54,222 bases of DNA from positions 1-54,222 of the IMG/VR virus record IMGVR_UViG_3300046507_000271, one strand, 5' to 3'. Below, one piece after another: positions 48,888 through 54,222 of the stretch. Every line of letters starts with the position of its first letter. Within the stretch, counting starts at the first letter, position 1. A program made the translations under genes and the position numbers. A model generated the notes under the pieces. That model did no database searches. It had not been told where the DNA came from and saw only the letters and a list, made by a program, of their open reading frames with translations. The stretch comes from a virus.

Positions 48888-50444
48888 ATGCCTATTTATC
48901 AGAGTGGGGCGCTCAATGTCAGCGCGCTCAACGCGCCGGGCGTCTACCTGCAAATCCAACCGCCGCCGCCGATCATCAACGGCGTGGCGACCAACCTGCT
49001 CGGCCTCGTCGGCGTCGGCTCGTGGGGTCCGGTCAACAGCGCAACGCTGATTGGCTCGGGCAACGATCAAGCCAACTGGCTCGGCTCGCCGCAGGTTCGC
49101 AAGTACGACCTCTCGACCGCTGTGCAAGTGGCGCTCGCTGCTGGCTCGAACGCGATCATGTATGTGCGCGTCACTGACGGCACCGACGTCGCCGCATCGT
49201 GCCTCGTCAAAGACAACGCGGGCACGGTGACGGGCCTCACGCTGACCGCGCTCTACACCGGCACGATCGGCAACACGCTCACCGCAGCGATCACGACCGG
49301 AACCGCGCCGTCGAGCTTCAAGCTCACGCTCACGCGCCCCGGCTTCACGCCCGAGGTCTACGACAACGTGACTGGCACTGGCACGGCGCTGTGGACTGCG
49401 TTCGCAAGCGCGGTGAACAACGGCCTGTCTGGCGTGCGCGGCCCGTCGCAATTGTTTGTGGCTACGGTTGGCTCGTCCACCGCGGCGCCGAGCACGTCGG
49501 CAACGTTCACAGCAACGGGCGGCACTGACGGCACCGCAAGCATCACTGATGCCGTGCTGCTCGGAACGGACGGCACCAGCACGACGCGCAAGGGCATGTA
49601 TGCGCTGCGCAGCTCGGGCGTGCAGGTCGCAACGCTCGTCGATCACACGGATTCGACGTCGTGGAGTTCGATAGCAGCGTTTGCGCTGAACGAAGGCATC
49701 TATTTCGGCGTGCAAGGCCCGGCTGGCGCATCGTATTCGACTGTATCCACAAGCCTGAACACGGCCGGCGCGGACACATACGCGCTGAAGGTGTTCGTCG
49801 GCGATTGGGTGTACTGGCAGGACGGCACGAACAACGTGCAGCGTCTGCTTGGCCCGACGACCTTCTGGGCACCGAATCAGGCGGCGATGGCGCCGCACCT
49901 GTCTAGCCTGAACGACGCGATCTTCGGCATCGCCAGCACGCAGCGCGTATCGCAGAAGAACGCCTACAGCATGGCGGAAATCGGCCAGGTGGCGACCTCG
50001 CGCCTTGACGTGATCACGAACCCGTCGCCGGGCGGCAATTACTACGCCTGCCAGACCGGCCGCAACGCGTCGAGCAATCCGGCGATCTGTGGCGACAACT
50101 ACACGCGCATGACGAACTACCTTGCGCTCACGTTGGCTGCAGCATTCGGCTACGTCATCGGCAAGCCGCAGACGACTGACCTGCGCAATCAGGCGAAGTC
50201 GGCGATCCAGTCGTTCCTCGGCAACCTGTGGAGCATTGGCTACATCGGCGACGTGAACAACCCCGGCGCGGTGCCGTACACGGTGGTGATCGACAAGTCG
50301 AACAACACCGATCAGGCAGTCGCCACCGGCTACATGACGGCGAACGTGACGGTCAAGTACCTCTCGATCGTCTTCTACTTCGTCATCAACCTGCAAGGCG
50401 GCCAGACGGTCACGATCCAGTCGTCGAGCAGCGCGGTCGCGTAA
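48888..50444 (+). CDS. Tail sheath protein
   Basis: 518 aa. The N-terminus PGVYLQIQPPPPIINGVATNLLGLVGVGSWGP is the sheath signature. Confidence 0.8.
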   Translation: MPIYQSGALNVSALNAPGVYLQIQPPPPIINGVATNLLGLVGVGSWGPVNSATLIGSGNDQANWLGSPQVRKYDLSTAVQVALAAGSNAIMYVRVTDGTDVAASCLVKDNAGTVTGLTLTALYTGTIGNTLTAAITTGTAPSSFKLTLTRPGFTPEVYDNVTGTGTALWTAFASAVNNGLSGVRGPSQLFVATVGSSTAAPSTSATFTATGGTDGTASITDAVLLGTDGTSTTRKGMYALRSSGVQVATLVDHTDSTSWSSIAAFALNEGIYFGVQGPAGASYSTVSTSLNTAGADTYALKVFVGDWVYWQDGTNNVQRLLGPTTFWAPNQAAMAPHLSSLNDAIFGIASTQRVSQKNAYSMAEIGQVATSRLDVITNPSPGGNYYACQTGRNASSNPAICGDNYTRMTNYLALTLAAAFGYVIGKPQTTDLRNQAKSAIQSFLGNLWSIGYIGDVNNPGAVPYTVVIDKSNNTDQAVATGYMTANVTVKYLSIVFYFVINLQGGQTVTIQSSSSAVA

Positions 50445-50472
50445 GCGGCGGGTTCCGTTCTCTAGCACACAG

Positions 50473-50498
50473 AGCGCCTTCGGGCGCTTTCTCTTTTT
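50473..50498 (+). terminator. Rho-independent terminator
   Basis: Stem agcgcc ttcg ggcgct followed by ttctcttttt. Confidence 0.65.
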
Positions 50499-50510
50499 CA
50501 TAGGTGCGAC

Positions 50511-50942
50511 ATGCCTGTAAATGGCTTTAACGTCGGCCGCGACTATGCGGTCAACGTGCAGACGCCGAGCGGCCCGCTGCAATTCAACCTCGTGACGAAG
50601 TTCACGAAGAAGCAAGACCTGATCGACAAGAAGATCAAGGGTCTGGACGGGCGCACGCGTCACGTCGTGTTCCCTGACGGCTGGAATGGCACGTTCGAGA
50701 TCGAGCGGCAAGACAGCGCGGTCGACGACTACTTCGCAGCGCAGGAAGCCGCGTATTACGCCGGTCAGAACACGCTGCCGTCGACGATCACCGAAACGAT
50801 CACGGAAGTGAACGGCTCGATCACGCAATACCAGTACACGAACGTCATGCTGAAGTTTCCGAACCCGGGCGACGCAGCCGGCGACGAGACGGTACACATG
50901 ACAGTCGACTGGCTGGCTGAACGCCGTATCAAGCTGGCGTAA
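50511..50942 (+). CDS. Tail tube protein
   Basis: 143-aa ORF directly after the sheath gene. Confidence 0.7.
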   Translation: MPVNGFNVGRDYAVNVQTPSGPLQFNLVTKFTKKQDLIDKKIKGLDGRTRHVVFPDGWNGTFEIERQDSAVDDYFAAQEAAYYAGQNTLPSTITETITEVNGSITQYQYTNVMLKFPNPGDAAGDETVHMTVDWLAERRIKLA

Positions 50943-51006
50943 GCATCGCGGCCGCGCTCTCAACAATGCGCGGCCGCATCCCGAATAATCTCACCCAAAA
51001 GACAAG

Positions 51007-51402
51007 ATGAAAGTAAATGTGAAGCAGCCCGGCGCGACGCCGGCAGAAAACGTCGAACGCCCGAGCGACATGATCGTGAAGCAGGCTGCGCAGTCGCTGA
51101 CGGTCGAGGACAGCACCGGCCGCTCGATTGGTCTGCGCTTGCCGAAACCGCTGCAACGCCTGCGTTTCATCGACGCGATGGGCGAGAGTTCGTCGAATTC
51201 GCTGTGGGCTGGCACGGTCGCACCGCTGATGTATGTCGGCTCGATCGACGGCGAGGCGGTCAACGTTCCGGTCACCAAGCGCGAGATCGAAGCGCTGTAC
51301 CAGCGACTCGACGAGCACGGCCTTGACGCGGCAACTGAAGGCATTCAGCAACTTCTCGGTATCTCGAAGGTGGAGGTCGACGAGGAAGCGGCAAAAAAAT
51401 AG
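51007..51402 (+). CDS. Tail assembly chaperone, short form
   Basis: 131-aa ORF between the tube and tape-measure genes. Ends GCA AAA AAA TAG. Confidence 0.6.
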   Translation: MKVNVKQPGATPAENVERPSDMIVKQAAQSLTVEDSTGRSIGLRLPKPLQRLRFIDAMGESSSNSLWAGTVAPLMYVGSIDGEAVNVPVTKREIEALYQRLDEHGLDAATEGIQQLLGISKVEVDEEAAKK

Positions 51403-51575
51403 TCGGCAACGCGGCGATTCGTGAGGCTCTGTGGCTGACGCAGCACAACGTTCCCTTCGATGTTTCGTTCTCGCTCGACGATACGACGCGCTATGCGTGG
51501 TCGATCATCGTTTCTGAGCAGCAGAGCAATCGCACGTTCGACTGGAACAAAAAAGAGTTCGTTGAGCGCACATGA
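51007..51575 (+). CDS. Tail assembly chaperone, long form by programmed -1 frameshift at A AAA AAA (51393-51399)
   Basis: The -1 frame is open from the slip site to TGA 51573-51575 (IVGNAAIREALWLTQHNVPFDVSFSLDDTTRYAWSIIVSEQQSNRTFDWNKKEFVERT). That stop overlaps the next ATG. Confidence 0.5.
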
Positions 51576-52054
51576 AAACCTTCCATAGCTTCGCCGCGTT
51601 CGCGACGCATCTGCAAGTTCTCGCCATCGAGACGAAAGTCGTCAAGCATGAAGTGCTGGAGGCTGCCGCCGAAGAAGTGCAGGAAACAGCCAAGGGCATG
51701 ATCGGCTTCTATCACGACGACCCGCATTGGGAAGCGCTGTCTCCCGAGTATGAGGCGGCGAAGGTAGCTTCAGGGTATGAGCCGGATGCGCCATTGCTGC
51801 GAACCGGCGCAATGCGCGAAAGCATCACCTATGTGGTGGCGACGGACGGCAACAGCGCTGTCGTTGGCACAGACGATCAGAAAATGGTCTGGCACGAGCT
51901 AGGCACCGACAAGATGCCGCCGCGGCCCGTCATGGGGCCGGCTGGCGTGCACAGCGCGCCGCGCATCGCATTGATCGCGTCGAAGATGATTACCTCGTGG
52001 CTATCCGGGCGCGGCGTCAAGAAGCCCGTGATCCACAAAAAACAAACGGCGTAA
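51572..52054 (+). CDS. HK97 gp10-like / virion morphogenesis family protein
   Basis: 160 aa. PLLRTGAMRESITYVV and MVWHELGTDKMPPRP resemble the gp10-like tail-component family. Confidence 0.45.
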   Translation: MKTFHSFAAFATHLQVLAIETKVVKHEVLEAAAEEVQETAKGMIGFYHDDPHWEALSPEYEAAKVASGYEPDAPLLRTGAMRESITYVVATDGNSAVVGTDDQKMVWHELGTDKMPPRPVMGPAGVHSAPRIALIASKMITSWLSGRGVKKPVIHKKQTA

Positions 52055-52058
52055 CGCG

Positions 52059-54107
52059 ATGCTAGAAGCCTTCAAGGTCGGAACGACCCTCACCCTGCAT
52101 GACCTGATAACGCCCAAGCTGCTCGAATTGTCGAAGCAGATGCTGAAGGTCGAAGTGCAGGTTGCTGCGCTCGACCGGCAGTTCAAACAGATCGGCAAGG
52201 CGAACGGCGGCATCAAGCAGGCGACAAACTATGCCAACGCGCTCGACAAGGCGATCGGCAAGACCGATCAGCACGCCAAGATCCTCGTCAAGACGTTCGG
52301 AAAGCTTACGGCGTTCGACGGCAAGGCAATCGACGGCGTGAACAAGCTGCTCGTCGAGCTGAACAAGTCGGACGGTGCGGCCGGGCGCCTGTCGGGGCAC
52401 CTCGGCAAGATTTCGGCGTTCAATCCTGAAGTGCGCGAGTTGGCGCGGTCGACGAAGGCGCTCAGCGATGCGCTGCGCTCGTCATCGAGCAATGCCGCGA
52501 CGCTTGCGCATCAGATCAAGTCGATCCACTCGCTTGGCGCGCTTCCTTCCATCCCGGTAATGCCGGGCGGTGGAGGCGGTCGAGGTGGCAGTGGTGGCGG
52601 CGGCGGACGCAGGGGCGGACACGGCGGCAACATCCACGCCCGCGGGCACATTGGGCCGGGTGGCGTAGGTCTCGGTGGCGTCGGCTTTGGCCTGCCGGGT
52701 GGCATGGCGACGATGGGCGCGCTGGCGGCCGGCTACATGGCATACGCCGGCGTCAAATCTGGCGCCGAGGCGGCCGGTGACTTCGAGTTGCAGAAGCGCC
52801 GATTTGAAATGTTCGGCATGAGCGGATCGCAGAATCAGAGCGCATTCGACTTCGTGAAAAACTCGAATCTGCCCGGCGCATCGCTGTCTGACAAGATGCG
52901 CTACATGATCGAAGGTCAGGGCGCGTTTCGCGAGTCTGGCATGGCCGGCGAGGATGCATTGCGCGCTTCGAAGATGGCGATGCCGATGCTCGCCAAGATT
53001 CACTACGCCAGCATCCTGTCTGGGCGCGAGCTGACCGAATCGCAGGAAATGGACATGCTGCGGTTCGCCGAGCAGCGCGGCGCCATTCGCGATCCGTCTC
53101 TGTTCAACAAGACGATCGAGAACGCTTACCGCACAACGGTGACGTCTGGCGGTCAGGTCGACTTCTCGAATTTGCGCCAGTTCATGCGTACATCGCAGGG
53201 CGCGGGTATGACCATCAGCGACGATGGCTTGCTCGGTTGGGCTGAGCCTCTGCTTGGCGAATTGAAGGGCGGCCCGGCTGGTACGGCGCTGGCGACTGCG
53301 CGTAAGCGTCTTATGGGCATCACGAAGGCGACCAAGTCTCAGTTGCAGACCATCCGCATGATGGGTGCGTGGGACATGAGCAAGGTCGTGCTCAACGCGC
53401 ATGGCGGGGTCGATCACTTCACTGGCGATGGCATCCCATTGGCACATGCGAAGGAGTTCGGCGAGAACCCGTTCAAGTGGTACGCGGACTACATCCTGCC
53501 GTTCTACAAGGCGAAGGGATACGACATCAACCAGCAGTCGAAGCTGAACAGTGACCTGTTCGGTGGGACCGGTGGTGCCATGTTCGACAAGGTTGGCGTT
53601 CAGTTGCCGACGATCCTTGAGGGTCTGCATGCGCGCGCAATCGTGCCGGGCATCGATTCGGCCGTCGACAAGTCGAAGCAGACGCTGACGGGGCAAGAGA
53701 AGGAGTTCGAAGCAGCATGGACGGACTTCAAGACGGTTTTCGGCGAAAACGTGCTGCCTGGCGTCATTCAGGTGCTCAAGGCCGGCACTGAACTGTTCAA
53801 AAAGCTGGCTGATTTCAACAATGAGCAGGACACCGGTATTTCTGCTGTTCAGCACGCTAACGGCGTGTTCGGAAAGATCGGCGCGGCTTGGGATTGGGCT
53901 AACGGAAACTTGCCTGGCAAGCGCGATGCAACAGTCGCGTCTCCCGGCGGTGGCGCATCAGGTACCACTGTTCACGTTTCGGTTGACGGCACGCCGCTTC
54001 ATGCCAAGTTCGTCAACACCGTGGTCCGCAAGACAAGTTCGTCGCTCGGAACCGGCTTCTTCGACCCGAACGCGTCGCCTATGACGCAATTCAATACCGG
54101 ACACTGA
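52059..54107 (+). CDS. Tail tape-measure protein
   Basis: 682 aa. Helical N-terminal part, a Gly-rich tract (GGGGGRGGSGGGGGRRGGHGG) and the position before the baseplate genes. Confidence 0.8.
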   Translation: MLEAFKVGTTLTLHDLITPKLLELSKQMLKVEVQVAALDRQFKQIGKANGGIKQATNYANALDKAIGKTDQHAKILVKTFGKLTAFDGKAIDGVNKLLVELNKSDGAAGRLSGHLGKISAFNPEVRELARSTKALSDALRSSSSNAATLAHQIKSIHSLGALPSIPVMPGGGGGRGGSGGGGGRRGGHGGNIHARGHIGPGGVGLGGVGFGLPGGMATMGALAAGYMAYAGVKSGAEAAGDFELQKRRFEMFGMSGSQNQSAFDFVKNSNLPGASLSDKMRYMIEGQGAFRESGMAGEDALRASKMAMPMLAKIHYASILSGRELTESQEMDMLRFAEQRGAIRDPSLFNKTIENAYRTTVTSGGQVDFSNLRQFMRTSQGAGMTISDDGLLGWAEPLLGELKGGPAGTALATARKRLMGITKATKSQLQTIRMMGAWDMSKVVLNAHGGVDHFTGDGIPLAHAKEFGENPFKWYADYILPFYKAKGYDINQQSKLNSDLFGGTGGAMFDKVGVQLPTILEGLHARAIVPGIDSAVDKSKQTLTGQEKEFEAAWTDFKTVFGENVLPGVIQVLKAGTELFKKLADFNNEQDTGISAVQHANGVFGKIGAAWDWANGNLPGKRDATVASPGGGASGTTVHVSVDGTPLHAKFVNTVVRKTSSSLGTGFFDPNASPMTQFNTGH

Positions 54108-54222
54108 TATGGCTGTAGTTTTGCAGCTCGGCGACTTCACGTTTTCCGAGTACGAAATCCCCGAGCGCATCACTATGGTGACGGCAATCCGCACCGTCGT
54201 CCGCAAGATGGTCGGCGGTGCG
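54096..54222. repeat. Terminal direct repeat, right copy
   Basis: Identical to nt 1-127. Confidence 0.95.

Larger units (their letters stand above)
1..54095. mobile_element. Complete temperate phage genome (integrase, immunity region, packaging, head, contractile tail and lysis modules)
   Basis: The full set of phage modules is present. The ends of the window overlap by 127 identical nt, so the molecule closes on itself. Confidence 0.9.

Noticed and set aside
48882-50966. 694-aa ORF on the minus strand opposite the sheath and tube genes
   Set aside because: Same shadow-ORF signature (extreme Arg content), and the + strand genes have clear family motifs.
52560-52700. GC-rich Gly-codon repeat (ggcggtggaggcggtcgaggtggcagtggtggcggcggcgg)
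   Set aside because: This is an in-frame Gly-rich tract of the tape-measure protein, not an independent repeat element.
52482-53855. 457-aa ORF on the minus strand opposite the tape-measure gene
   Set aside because: Antisense shadow ORF with low-complexity Arg/Leu/His composition.

Overview
The window is a complete, circularly closed genome of a temperate phage with a contractile tail. Nt 1-127 are identical to nt 54096-54222, so the unique length is 54,095 bp. The host is a high-GC proteobacterium; the protein flavour suggests a Burkholderia-type host, but that is inference only.

Layout:
- 38.4-54.1 kb continuing into 0-8.7 kb (+ strand): small early-right genes, a Dam-type methyltransferase and a ~550-bp non-coding structured region. 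These are followed by terS, terL, portal, scaffold, P22-type coat and connector genes. The tail module is in P2-like order: sheath, tube, frameshifted chaperone, tape measure, gpU/LysM, gpD, V, W, J, I. It ends with a beta-helix protein carrying a signal peptide and a Gly-rich tail fibre.
- 8.7-10.9 kb (- strand): an envelope moron made of an SGNH-like lipoprotein and an outer-membrane beta-barrel.
- 10.9-14.2 kb (+ strand): a mosaic lysis region. It holds a GH19 remnant, an HNH homing endonuclease, a GH24 lysozyme, a second HNH-like protein, a holin candidate, a lipoprotein and a DUF1353 protein.
- 14.1-16.3 kb (- strand): att-proximal small cassettes, including a DNA-ligase adenylation domain that lacks the OB fold.
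- 16.3-17.9 kb: attP candidate, tyrosine integrase and excisionase.
- 17.9-36.5 kb (- strand): a long leftward early region. It carries Ea22-like zinc-ribbon paralogs, a Lar-like protein, a Ref-like nuclease, NinB, RusA and a DUF4942-fused methyltransferase. It also carries Gp157, an SSB-like protein, a Sak4-like ATPase, a second HNH-AP2 endonuclease, several wHTH proteins and an O-like initiator with internal iterons.
- 36.1-37.5 kb: divergent Cro-like and CI-like immunity genes.
- 37.7 kb: a tRNA-like (Asn-GUU) gene.

The most striking feature not explained by genes is a 17-bp palindrome, GATAC-N7-GTATC. It occurs in eight perfect and several near-perfect copies, marking promoters across the early region, the moron operon, the int region and the immunity region.

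No rRNA, CRISPR array or transposase was seen. All family assignments come from motif recognition by eye, not from database searches.
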